Part shown: positions 27,637-36,097 of the stretch, piece by piece | How the letters are laid out: each line of letters begins with the position of its first letter | Position numbering within the stretch: the first letter of the stretch is position 1 | Virus record (IMG/VR): IMGVR_UViG_3300034980_000806 | Span: 1-51,713 of that record | Length of the DNA: 51,713 bases | Strand: one strand, 5' to 3' | DNA from: a virus | Taxonomy: Duplodnaviria > Caudoviricetes | Made by a program: the position numbers and the translations under genes | The notes under the pieces: model-generated | Seen by the model: the letters and a program-made list of their open reading frames with translations, nothing else | Database searches by the model: none | Told to the model about the DNA's origin: nothing

Positions 27637-28192
27637 GGTCCGCCTCCTTGGCCATGGCCGCCTCAATGATCTCGTCAATGTTGTCGCAGTAGCCGTAGAT
27701 GTCCTGCACATCTGGCAGGCCATTGACTACGTCACGGACAGCGCACCTGATGTTTCCATCAACTTGCACGCTGATTTTGCCTAGGGCTTTGCGCAGCGCC
27801 TCGTTCTCGGCCTTCAGGTCATCGATGATCTGCTCGTAACGGACCTGGCCAGACCTGTAGTCTTCATTCTCAGCCCTGAGCTGGTCACGCTGCCGCATCT
27901 GCGCATCGCGCTCGGCAAGGAATGCGGTGCGCCAGGCTTCATGCCGCTCGATCTCCGCGAGCAGGGCCAGGACAACTGAGGGGTTGGCGGAGGCCATGAA
28001 TTCAGCATTCGCGATCTGTTCGCCCTGGACCATCCAGTCTGCGCCGGTTGCCATTGCTATCTGCTGGCGACCCGCGCCGTTTGCGAACTGAATCACCGGA
28101 CCCGCCTGAATCATGCCGAAACGCTCGTGACTCCATTCGCCCTGCGTGGCAGCCTCGGCCAGCGACTTGAGTTTCGCTTTGTCGATGGTCAT
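27629..28192 (-). CDS. Ead/Ea22-like protein
   Basis: MTIDKAKLKSLAEAATQGEW, NAEFMASANPSVVLALL; coiled coil. Confidence 0.75.
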   Translation of the reverse strand: MTIDKAKLKSLAEAATQGEWSHERFGMIQAGPVIQFANGAGRQQIAMATGADWMVQGEQIANAEFMASANPSVVLALLAEIERHEAWRTAFLAERDAQMRQRDQLRAENEDYRSGQVRYEQIIDDLKAENEALRKALGKISVQVDGNIRCAVRDVVNGLPDVQDIYGYCDNIDEIIEAAMAKEADHD

Positions 28193-28471
28193 GACGCCAC
28201 CTTCAGGCCCTGCCTCGATGGCATCCACTGCTTCGCCACGCATATCGTTCCAGCCACTCTGGAAGCAGGCGTAAGGTGGCGCTCCGATTTCTGACGGAAG
28301 CTCCACCACCACGGCCTCGCGGGAGGCCTGCCAGATCATGAAATAGATCGGGTAAGGGTGGATAAGCTGGATTTCGCACCACGCTGCGAACTCTGGATAG
28401 CCCGGATGGCCAGTGACTTCCCGCTGAACCAGCGAAGCCAGGTCATTTCCCGTCTTGTTGGTATCGGTCAT
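28193..28471 (-). CDS. Hypothetical nin-region protein, reading in frame into the Ea22-like gene
   Basis: MTDTNK start, WQASREAVVVELP motif; apparent frameshift near 28210 removes its stop. Confidence 0.55.
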
Positions 28472-28773
28472 GGCGCCACCTCATCCCAGCGAACCTCAAG
28501 CCACATATCCACGAACTGACGCTCTACGGCCTGCACGGTGCAGCCATAGCCCAAGGCGCGCAGCTCCTTGAGGATGGCCTTGCACAGCTCCGGGTAATCC
28601 TTCTCGCTGCAATAGCAGCTGGTGCCGAATCCGTAATCGCGGATCGTGTACTCGTACTTGCCAGCCTCGGCAGCCTTGGCAATTCCGGCCAGGATGGTAT
28701 CCACGGCGAACGCTGGGTCTTTGGCGCGGGCGATGTCGCGCGCTTTGGATGCGGTCATCTTGTTGGTGTCCAT
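28468..28773 (-). CDS. Hypothetical protein
   Basis: GGAG RBS; coupled overlaps. Confidence 0.7.
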   Translation of the reverse strand: MDTNKMTASKARDIARAKDPAFAVDTILAGIAKAAEAGKYEYTIRDYGFGTSCYCSEKDYPELCKAILKELRALGYGCTVQAVERQFVDMWLEVRWDEVAP

Positions 28774-28985
28774 CAGTGCTTCTCCTCGCCGCCCAAGTCG
28801 ACTTCCTGAACTTCGAACTTCAAGCGCGGCTCATCATCCGCGTAGAGCTCCCGCCATTGCTCGGCAAGGCTTGCGCAAGGGTTTCCAAGTCGCTTCTTTC
28901 CAGCGGCCTGATAGGCATCGTCCTTGTCGGTGAACCCCACGCATTCGGTGCGGCCCTTGTTCCAGACCAGATAAACTTTGCTCAC
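28773..28985 (-). CDS. Hypothetical protein
   Basis: GTG start, GGAGG RBS, coupled. Confidence 0.65.
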   Translation of the reverse strand: MSKVYLVWNKGRTECVGFTDKDDAYQAAGKKRLGNPCASLAEQWRELYADDEPRLKFEVQEVDLGGEEKH

Positions 28986-29040
28986 ACCCCCTCCCCGGCC
29001 GGCTGCCCGGCGCGCTTGATGTTCAACTTGGCCAGCAGGC

Positions 29041-29823
29041 TCATTGGCTCTTCCTCATGAGTTCGGCAATGGCCTCGCGGGCCTTACGCTTGCGCAGGTA
29101 GGTATCGACGCGGATCACTTTCGATTCCTTGAGGCGCTCTTTCTCTTTGCGCTCCTTGGCGGCGTCGATGATTTCGCGGACCTCGGCAAGCTTTTCGCGG
29201 ACCTTGGGACTGACCTTGGCCCGCACTTCACCGGTGAGTAGGCCGGCAATGGCCTGACCGTCGTCGGTGATCGGCGCGATGCGCAGGTCGGCCAAGTACT
29301 TGGCCCCTGTCTCGCGGGTGATGAGCTGGGCGCGGACGGCGGATTCGATTGCCGTTACCCGGCGCCCGGCGTCGTAGCCCAGCGAAACCTCCCACTTGGC
29401 CGGCTGGTCCTCGGCACGGGCAAAGCTCACCAGGCGCTCGTAGGCGCTCATGAACGCCATCCGGGCGCCGACCTTGTCGCCGGCCTCGAGGATGGGCTCG
29501 GAGGCGATCATGGCCTGGCGGATTTCTGTGGTGAGCACCACGGTCTCGTGCTCATCACTGGCCGCCAGGGCGATCGACCACGCTTCATCCTTGCCGGGGC
29601 GGGTGTCGGCAGCGTGGATGTGCTTGAGGACCATGCCGAGCGAAAGGCGCCCGGCAGGCTCCCTGCGGCACGAACGCAGTGCACCGATGATGGCGGCAGG
29701 GTCATACGCCGAAAGATCCTCAGCGATGAGCTGAGCGCCTCCAGCGCTGATGGTCTGACCCATCGCCTCGGCAGTCGCGCAGATTGCGCCGGCCAGTTCG
29801 GCTTGTTGCTCAGAGGAAAGCAT
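29041..29823 (-). CDS. Replication accessory protein (P-position, putative helicase loader)
   Basis: Start MLSSEQQ after GGAGG; follows initiator. Confidence 0.6.
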   Translation of the reverse strand: MLSSEQQAELAGAICATAEAMGQTISAGGAQLIAEDLSAYDPAAIIGALRSCRREPAGRLSLGMVLKHIHAADTRPGKDEAWSIALAASDEHETVVLTTEIRQAMIASEPILEAGDKVGARMAFMSAYERLVSFARAEDQPAKWEVSLGYDAGRRVTAIESAVRAQLITRETGAKYLADLRIAPITDDGQAIAGLLTGEVRAKVSPKVREKLAEVREIIDAAKERKEKERLKESKVIRVDTYLRKRKAREAIAELMRKSQ

Positions 29824-30754
29824 TGCGCTGTCCTCCTTTGCCGTTGAGGATCGCGTCAGCTGCTTCCTGTGCCGCGTTGATGTTCGCCTGGGTCTGCTCC
29901 TGCTGGCGGGCAGTGGTGGCATTCATCTGGCGGTTGGTGACCCATTGGGTATGGTAGGCCTCGGCCTTGGCCAGCAGGTCGCCCAGGTTGTGGCAGCCGT
30001 TGATCAACCGGGCGTCGTTGATCGTCAGGAAGTACGCGGCCACATGGTGAGCCACGTCGATCCCGAGGCGGCTGATCAGCTGCCCAACCTGCCCGCCTGC
30101 CTTGGCGTTCCATACCGGCCACGCGTGGTAGCGCTTGCGATAGGCCATCGCATAGTTGGCCCAAGCCTTGAAGGTTTTGCAGGACTGGTCTTTCGGGCCA
30201 GGCATATCCTCAGGGATTGCGCAGCGTGGTTGCGGTACCAGTGCGATGACCTTGCCGGCGCTCTCTCCCGCTTCAGCGGGTGGGGCGCAATGCTCAAGAT
30301 CAGTACTTGCTTCTTCTTCAGTGGGTTGCTGAAGATCATTCTTTATTAGTGGGGGATTTTCCGGCGCCGGTTTTGCCGGGGCCGGTTTAGCCGTCGCCGG
30401 GTTTTCCGGCTGTGGTGAACCCATAGACGGATTATCCGTCTGTGGTCGCTCGCACACGGTGTAGGCCATGCCGTTGAACGAACCGCCGTCATTGCGCGCA
30501 CGGTCAACAGCCATGTAACCAGCTGCCTCAAGCTCCTTGATGATCACGCGCACAGCATCACGGCCGCTGGACTTGCCAATAGCCTTGCTGGTCTGCTTGA
30601 TCAGGTGGGCGACGGAAACCTCCCAGTTGTCCGGCTTGCCCAGCAGGAAGATCAGCAGGCCACGAGCACCCCACGAAAGGCGTTCGTCTTCGCTGATGGA
30701 CTTGTCCAGGGTGTAGAACTTCGTTTCAGGCCGAGGGGCACGGATGATGCTCAT
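29810..30754 (-). CDS. Replication initiator (O-like, N-terminal winged HTH)
   Basis: D.RLSWGARGLL..LL.KPDNW motif; internal iterons. Confidence 0.8.
   Translation of the reverse strand: MSIIRAPRPETKFYTLDKSISEDERLSWGARGLLIFLLGKPDNWEVSVAHLIKQTSKAIGKSSGRDAVRVIIKELEAAGYMAVDRARNDGGSFNGMAYTVCERPQTDNPSMGSPQPENPATAKPAPAKPAPENPPLIKNDLQQPTEEEASTDLEHCAPPAEAGESAGKVIALVPQPRCAIPEDMPGPKDQSCKTFKAWANYAMAYRKRYHAWPVWNAKAGGQVGQLISRLGIDVAHHVAAYFLTINDARLINGCHNLGDLLAKAEAYHTQWVTNRQMNATTARQQEQTQANINAAQEAADAILNGKGGQRNAFL
30354..30441. repeat. Putative replication origin iterons
   Basis: Four tandem 15-mers GGATTTTCCGGCGCC / GGTTTTGCCGGGGCC / GGTTTAGCCGTCGCC / GGGTTTTCCGGCTGT plus palindrome AGACGGattatCCGTCT; short AT-rich tract adjacent. 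Confidence 0.7.
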
Positions 30755-31119
30755 TCCATCACCTCGAAATAGAATTTGTGCTCCTTGTCGAAGCCGAGGA
30801 CAGGGAATGCGCCCGCAGCCTTCAGGTAGAGCAGTTGGGAATGGCCGAAGACAGGCTCGCCAGTAACCGATTTCGCAATCAGGTACATGCGGTAGTCCTC
30901 AACCGTTTTCGCCCCTTTTGCGCCGTTGCAGGGGTTGCAGGCTGGCATCAGGTTCTCGATCCGATTCGAGCCGCCGTGCTTGCGCGCGGTTACGTGGTCG
31001 ACAGCGAATGTCAGCAGTTCGACAGGCGTTCCGCAGTACGAGCAGCGCCCGCCAGTTTTGGCGTACACGCGCTCGCGCTTGGTGTTCTTCATGGCCTTTA
31101 CCATCAATTCCATGCTCAT
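30751..31119 (-). CDS. HNH endonuclease
   Basis: CSYCG, DHV..R.HGGSN...NL..AC..CN..K. Confidence 0.9.
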   Translation of the reverse strand: MSMELMVKAMKNTKRERVYAKTGGRCSYCGTPVELLTFAVDHVTARKHGGSNRIENLMPACNPCNGAKGAKTVEDYRMYLIAKSVTGEPVFGHSQLLYLKAAGAFPVLGFDKEHKFYFEVME

Positions 31120-31367
31120 GACGGCTCATTCCCTTCACGCATGGCGCGCAGCTTGTCGCGCTGGATGATTTCGGTGCAATTGGCGTTTCCGTAGAAGCAG
31201 GCGTCTGGCATGCCTTTCGGATCGGAAAGGCAGCAGTCGGAGCAGATCCAGCCACATTCGCCACGGGCGGCTTGGTCGGTCCAGTCACGCATCTGCTTGT
31301 TCATTCCATCCAGGTAGGCGGGGAACTCGCTGGCTGGCATCTCGGTTACTTTCACGAAGTCGCTCAT
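31116..31367 (-). CDS. Hypothetical Cys-rich protein
   Basis: Start MSDFVK, coupled overlaps. Confidence 0.6.
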   Translation of the reverse strand: MSDFVKVTEMPASEFPAYLDGMNKQMRDWTDQAARGECGWICSDCCLSDPKGMPDACFYGNANCTEIIQRDKLRAMREGNEPS

Positions 31368-31714
31368 GCTGCACCCCGCACGGCCTTGTCGTGGGTGTGC
31401 AGGCCATCCCCGGCGCATTCACATGCAGCGGCGAGGGACGCTACAGCCCGCTCATGGCGGCGCCTTGCGTTGTACTCGGCCTTCTTCGCCGCCTGGACAC
31501 GTTCGTATTGGGAGTTGGTGAACATCATCACCGGCAGGAAGGCGTCGTTATCTGGATCGAATTTCCCCTCTGGCCGGCCATGGGCCTGGAAGTAGGTGTC
31601 GTACATCGAGCGCAGCTCAGCCTTGAGGGCCTTGGTTGCAGTCGAAGCCTTATGCAGATCAAGGGCCGTCATGGCCGCCCGCTCTACCAGTTGCTGATAG
31701 GTAATGGTGGGCAT
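31364..31714 (-). CDS. Hypothetical protein
   Basis: ORF in operon with RBS. Confidence 0.7.
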   Translation of the reverse strand: MPTITYQQLVERAAMTALDLHKASTATKALKAELRSMYDTYFQAHGRPEGKFDPDNDAFLPVMMFTNSQYERVQAAKKAEYNARRRHERAVASLAAACECAGDGLHTHDKAVRGAA

Positions 31715-31716
31715 GG

Positions 31717-32502
31717 TCAGAACTCCAGGCGCTTGATTTCAGAAAGCAGCGCACGGCTGTGACGCTGGATGTAGATCTGGCTCAGCTTCTTCTTGCGCGA
31801 CTCGAAGTCCATGCCCACGTCAATCAGGGAGGCATTCACGCGCTGAAGGTGCTCGATGCAGCGGATTTCGCACGGAGTCAGGTGGTCGCGGATCGAGTCA
31901 GTCGGGCTGATGCAGTGCGCCGCCCGGTATGCCTTTGACGGCATGCCCAGCGCGATGCGGTTGATCAGGTCGAACTCGTTGCTGAAGTGGTAGTGTTTAA
32001 CGTCCTTTCCGACAGACAGGCGACCATGCTTGATAGCCTCGGTCAGGGCCGGAGCCTCAAGGCGCGCTCGCTCACGGGCCTGGCGCCCCTCCACCAACTG
32101 GATGTGCCCGACAACTACGGCATCGAAGGTACGGATTACGTGCAGGTGGAACTTGGCATTCACCCACATTGCGTAGGCGTAGATAAGCTCCTTGACGACA
32201 TAGGTGCCGCCATTGCGACCCTCAATAGTCACCACCGGCAAACTACCCGGATTTTGGGTAGTTAACTCAGCCACCATTTCGGCGAAGGATTCCGTAGCCA
32301 TGAACTTGCCTGGCTCTTTGGTGCGCTTGTTCGCTCCATCGGCCACGGCCGCCTTGTGAAGGTCATTGAGGCAGTAACGGCCCTCAATATCCTGCTTGAT
32401 CTTCACCCCTCCAAGGGTGAGTGACATGCTGCGCGCCACGAAATCGTGGTTCGCATTTTGTGGCGCGAGGGCCACGGTATTGCTTTGGATGGTCTGATGC
32501 AT
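31717..32502 (-). CDS. KilA-N domain DNA-binding protein (antirepressor-like)
   Basis: GRYCLNDLHKA, GRNGGTY, YAMWVNAKFHLHVIRTFD. Confidence 0.9.
   Translation of the reverse strand: MHQTIQSNTVALAPQNANHDFVARSMSLTLGGVKIKQDIEGRYCLNDLHKAAVADGANKRTKEPGKFMATESFAEMVAELTTQNPGSLPVVTIEGRNGGTYVVKELIYAYAMWVNAKFHLHVIRTFDAVVVGHIQLVEGRQARERARLEAPALTEAIKHGRLSVGKDVKHYHFSNEFDLINRIALGMPSKAYRAAHCISPTDSIRDHLTPCEIRCIEHLQRVNASLIDVGMDFESRKKKLSQIYIQRHSRALLSEIKRLEF
32432..32467. repeat. 36-bp inverted repeat, copy 3
   Basis: CGCGCCACGAAA-N12-TTTTGTGGCGCG. Confidence 0.85.
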
Positions 32503-32543
32503 ATATGATGACCTCACACAAGCGTTACGAATGCAGTTGAATC

Positions 32544-32568
32544 AGCCGACCTAGCCCGTCGGCTTTTT
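32544..32568 (+). terminator. Plus-strand terminator antisense to the early right operon
   Basis: AGCCGAC-ctagccc-GTCGGCT-TTTT. Confidence 0.6.
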
Positions 32569-32629
32569 CGTATCTGCGGTTTTGGTTTTGCTGCGTTCAA
32601 CGGCAGTTCCTCATGAGTCCCTCAGGGGC

Positions 32630-32818
32630 TTATAAGCCCTTGCGAAACGACCGAACGTTGCTTCGGCCAGGCTCTGTTCTCGTCATCCGGTCGAGAGCCT
32701 CATTGATGATTCGTGCCGCCAGTTGCTCAGGGGTTAAGCCCTTCTGCCTGGCAAGAAACTCCAGATCTGAATTGCCCTTCCCGTCGAGCTGGATTCCCAG
32801 CTCTTTGCTTTCTGGCAC
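32630..32818 (-). CDS. Small ribbon-helix-helix-like protein
   Basis: GGAGG RBS; LARQKGLTPEQLAARII. Confidence 0.6.
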   Translation of the reverse strand: MPESKELGIQLDGKGNSDLEFLARQKGLTPEQLAARIINEALDRMTRTEPGRSNVRSFRKGL

Positions 32819-32836
32819 AGGGCCTCCTCGGCCACT

Positions 32837-33028
32837 TCAGGCCGCGTCAGTGTTCGCGTTAAGCTCTTGCATCATCTGGTCGAGACCGCGCTCCAAAATT
32901 TCCCTGGCGAGCACAGCCTTTTGCGTGCGCTTGAAACGAGCCATCGCCGAAAGCAAGTCGTCGGCAGCCTCATCCAAGCGAACCTTGGTGGGCTTGTTGT
33001 GCAGGTGGTCGGGGTCGAAGTACGACAC
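32837..33028 (-). CDS. Small RHH-type regulator in cII position
   Basis: TKVRLDE...QKAVLAREIL; directly after cro. Confidence 0.65.
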   Translation of the reverse strand: MSYFDPDHLHNKPTKVRLDEAADDLLSAMARFKRTQKAVLAREILERGLDQMMQELNANTDAA

Positions 33029-33055
33029 GGTGGGTTCCTTTGTGGTTGAAAGTGG

Positions 33056-33304
33056 TTAAGCGGCGGAAAGCGCGTGGGTCGGATTGCTGTCGATCTGGTT
33101 CCATGGGAACGAAGGACACAGGTCGGCACGATTCACGGCGCCATTCGTAAGCGCCTCAATCTGTAATGCGCGCTTGGCTGGGACCGTGCGCTCTCCTGAA
33201 CACCATTGGTTGACGGTTGGTGCCGCAACACTCAGCCGGCGCGCCAATTCCGCCTGGCTGCCCAGCACGCGGGATGCTTCTTTGGCTGCTTCTGCTGATT
33301 TCAT
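33056..33304 (-). CDS. cro: Cro-like repressor (YdaS family)
   Basis: GSQAELARRL.V....VNQW HTH; divergent from cI. Confidence 0.9.
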   Translation of the reverse strand: MKSAEAAKEASRVLGSQAELARRLSVAAPTVNQWCSGERTVPAKRALQIEALTNGAVNRADLCPSFPWNQIDSNPTHALSAA

Positions 33305-33331
33305 GAGTTCTCTCCTGGAGATTTACCGATG

Positions 33332-33360
33332 AATATAAGGCATTACCTTATCTCGCACAA
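33332..33360 (-). promoter_or_regulatory. pR promoter
   Basis: TTGTGC-17 nt-TATATT. Confidence 0.65.
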
Positions 33361-33408
33361 GCCATTGCCTAATCGCTCTAGCGATAGGCCTAATTAGGCA
33401 ATGCTTAC
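33336..33408. promoter_or_regulatory. oR operators (three 15-bp sites)
   Basis: TAAGGCATTACCTTA 33336, CAAGCCATTGCCTAA 33358, TTAGGCAATGCTTAC 33394. Confidence 0.8.
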
Positions 33409-34243
33409 CGGACCAGAATTAGGCGCAGCCATTGATGCCGCGCGGATCGCCAAGGGCGTATCGAAGAAACAACTCGCAGACGACTTCCAGGTGAAGCCTC
33501 CGTCAGTGCAGGGCTGGGTGAAAAACGGCCGGATTGACAAGTCCAAGCTGATGGATGTGATCGTTTACTTTTCTGACGTGGTGGGCCCCGAGCACTGGGG
33601 GCTTCGGCCTGGCTTCTCTTACGAGAGCCTTCCGGAGGTGACTTCGGAGCCTGTCGCCGAGCCGGCGCCGGCCTCAGCTGCCGAAATGGTTCGAGCAATG
33701 CTCGCCAAGCAAGGCAAGAACTTGTCGGATACAGCGCGCGCGCAGTTGATTGCAGCCGCCGAAGCGACTGATGAGGGAAATGTGATTACCGCAGACTTCT
33801 CTCGGCCTGGCCTGGTCGGTGATGAGGTTAGGATCGCTCACTACGACATCCGCGCAGCAATGGGCGGAGGCCAGATTCCGCACGATTACCCGGAGATGCT
33901 CAAAGACATTCGCGTCAGTCCGAGCCATCTACGCGAGCTGGGGGTCGAGTTTGAGGAGCACTACCACCTGAAGGTGGTCACCGGCTGGGGCCAGTCGATG
34001 GAGCCCACCATCAAGCACCGTGACCCGTTGATCGTGAACATCAACGTGCGCGACTTCGTGGGCGATGGGGTGTACCTATTCGTCTGGGATGACCTGCTCT
34101 ACATCAAGCGGCTGCAGGTGGCTGATGAGGAGCACTACGAGATGATTTCGGACAACCCGCGGCACAAGGATCGACTGATCCGGCGGGACATGACCTACAT
34201 CCAGGCGCGGGTGCTACTGGTCTGGAACACACATCTTGTTTAA
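33401..34243 (+). CDS. cI: CI repressor (HTH + S24 autopeptidase)
   Basis: N-terminal HTH; GQSMEP catalytic Ser and IKRL Lys. Confidence 0.93.
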   Translation: MLTGPELGAAIDAARIAKGVSKKQLADDFQVKPPSVQGWVKNGRIDKSKLMDVIVYFSDVVGPEHWGLRPGFSYESLPEVTSEPVAEPAPASAAEMVRAMLAKQGKNLSDTARAQLIAAAEATDEGNVITADFSRPGLVGDEVRIAHYDIRAAMGGGQIPHDYPEMLKDIRVSPSHLRELGVEFEEHYHLKVVTGWGQSMEPTIKHRDPLIVNINVRDFVGDGVYLFVWDDLLYIKRLQVADEEHYEMISDNPRHKDRLIRRDMTYIQARVLLVWNTHLV

Positions 34244-34279
34244 ACCTTACTGACATTTTTTCATTTATAAAAACCACAC

Positions 34280-36097
34280 ATGAACATAATCGGGCGTGAC
34301 GCTTTAGACCAAAAATTTAGACATAAAACTAAAGATTTTGAACCTTTCATTAGCCACATAAGATTTCCGAAATACCGAAATCTTGAACCTGGCCTAAAGC
34401 TAGACTTTTTATACCCGATAACAGCTCTCGTTGGTGAGAACGGAACCAACAAAAGCTCAATCATCAGAGCACTTTTCGGCGCCCCTGCGGACAACTCTCC
34501 AGGCACATTTTGGTTCTCGACATCGTTAGACCCTATAGAGGAAGAAGGCGGGACCCCCAACTGCCTAATTTACGGCTACCTCAACGAGCATGAGAACCGG
34601 ATTGTTGAAGTTCTTAAAACACGTTCCAGATACGATAAAACAGTGGCGGGTCAAAACCCTGACTACTGGGAACCTTCGCGCCCGATAGTAAAATATGGCA
34701 TGGAAAGAATGCCTCCAATTAAGACTGGCGCCCCCTTACCTAAAGGGCGATCAAAAACCAGATATAACGCAATAGCCAAAAAAGTCACTTTACTAGATTT
34801 CAGAACAGAGCTAAGCGCCTATGATAAATTTTTTTACCACGGCGATTTTCTCAAAACTGAAAAAATAAAAACCAAGCAGGACTTCATTCGACACAAGTCA
34901 ATTCATCTTCATGCCGCAATTGAAGCAAAATCGGCAAGTTACTTATATTATGGTAGAGATAAAATAGAAGACAAGCTCAATCGCGAACTTAGCAAGGATG
35001 AAACCGAACTTGTTTCATACGTTTTGGGGCGATCGTATAAAAAAATTGAAATAGTTGCGCACACGTTTTTTAAGAACCCTGGAAAAACTGTTCGTTTGTC
35101 ACATTCAGACATTCGGTATTCAGAGGCATTCGCAGGAAGCGGAGAGTTCGCGGTCGTCATGTTAGTGCTTGGCGTACTACAAGCCCCTCCAAACTCTCTA
35201 ATCCTACTAGACGAACCTGAAGTTTCGCTACATCCTGGCGCGCAGGAACGACTAATGAAGCTGCTTATTAGCGAGGTCACAAAAAATAATCACCAGGTTA
35301 TTTTATCTACTCACTCACCAGCGATTATTAGGCACCTCCCGCCATCCGCAATCAAAACCCTCAGATTGAACGAAAACACTGGAAAGGTCGCTTTGGTTTC
35401 GCAGAGCCTGTCTCCAGACGATGCATTTTACTACATCGGTGAACCTTCAGCGACTAAGCTTACAATTATTGTGGAGGATAAGCTCGCCAAATCGATAGTG
35501 GAAAGAGCCCTAAAAAGCTTGGGGCCTCACGTTGAAAAATATGAAGTAATGTATATACCAGGTGGTGCGGAAGCCTTGTGGGCGACCTATGTTCCAATAT
35601 TTTGCATTGCCGATCGAAAAGATATTCTTTTTCTTCTCGATGGAGACAAACGAAAACCTCCATTACGTAAATCCTCCTCAATACCAGAAGCGGAAAATGA
35701 AAGTCTCGGAGAAGAGATTAAAAAGCTAACCGGTTGTAAAATCGACTTCAAGATCGATGGGAGCGGAAAAAGCGGCGGAAACAAATCTCAACTTTACTCT
35801 ATGCAACGCCAATTTATAGATTGGACATCGCAGTATGTTGATTTTTTACCAATGAATACTGCAGAGGAATTCATAGTGGCAAATAGCCCTTCTTTTTCAA
35901 CGACGCATAAAAACCGTGACGCGAAAGAGATCATACTGGATTACGCAAAAACCCAACTTGACAGAGGCAGCGCAGACCAAATAAAATCTGAGGAGATTTT
36001 TACAATTCAATGTATTGAGCTAGCATTAATTCCTTTTAGCAATGCCGATTTCGAAAAAATACGCTCTCGAATCGAGAAATTCAATGATGGCAGATAG
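34280..36097 (+). CDS. OLD-type ATP-dependent nuclease (ABC ATPase + TOPRIM)
   Basis: Walker A variant GENGTNKS, signature-like AGSGE, Walker B LILLDEPE, STHSP; TOPRIM IIVED and LDGD; AT-rich. Confidence 0.8.
   Translation: MNIIGRDALDQKFRHKTKDFEPFISHIRFPKYRNLEPGLKLDFLYPITALVGENGTNKSSIIRALFGAPADNSPGTFWFSTSLDPIEEEGGTPNCLIYGYLNEHENRIVEVLKTRSRYDKTVAGQNPDYWEPSRPIVKYGMERMPPIKTGAPLPKGRSKTRYNAIAKKVTLLDFRTELSAYDKFFYHGDFLKTEKIKTKQDFIRHKSIHLHAAIEAKSASYLYYGRDKIEDKLNRELSKDETELVSYVLGRSYKKIEIVAHTFFKNPGKTVRLSHSDIRYSEAFAGSGEFAVVMLVLGVLQAPPNSLILLDEPEVSLHPGAQERLMKLLISEVTKNNHQVILSTHSPAIIRHLPPSAIKTLRLNENTGKVALVSQSLSPDDAFYYIGEPSATKLTIIVEDKLAKSIVERALKSLGPHVEKYEVMYIPGGAEALWATYVPIFCIADRKDILFLLDGDKRKPPLRKSSSIPEAENESLGEEIKKLTGCKIDFKIDGSGKSGGNKSQLYSMQRQFIDWTSQYVDFLPMNTAEEFIVANSPSFSTTHKNRDAKEIILDYAKTQLDRGSADQIKSEEIFTIQCIELALIPFSNADFEKIRSRIEKFNDGR

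Noticed and set aside
30354-30413. CRISPR-like repeat
   Set aside because: Spacerless 15-bp tandem units inside the initiator, i.e. iterons; no cas genes
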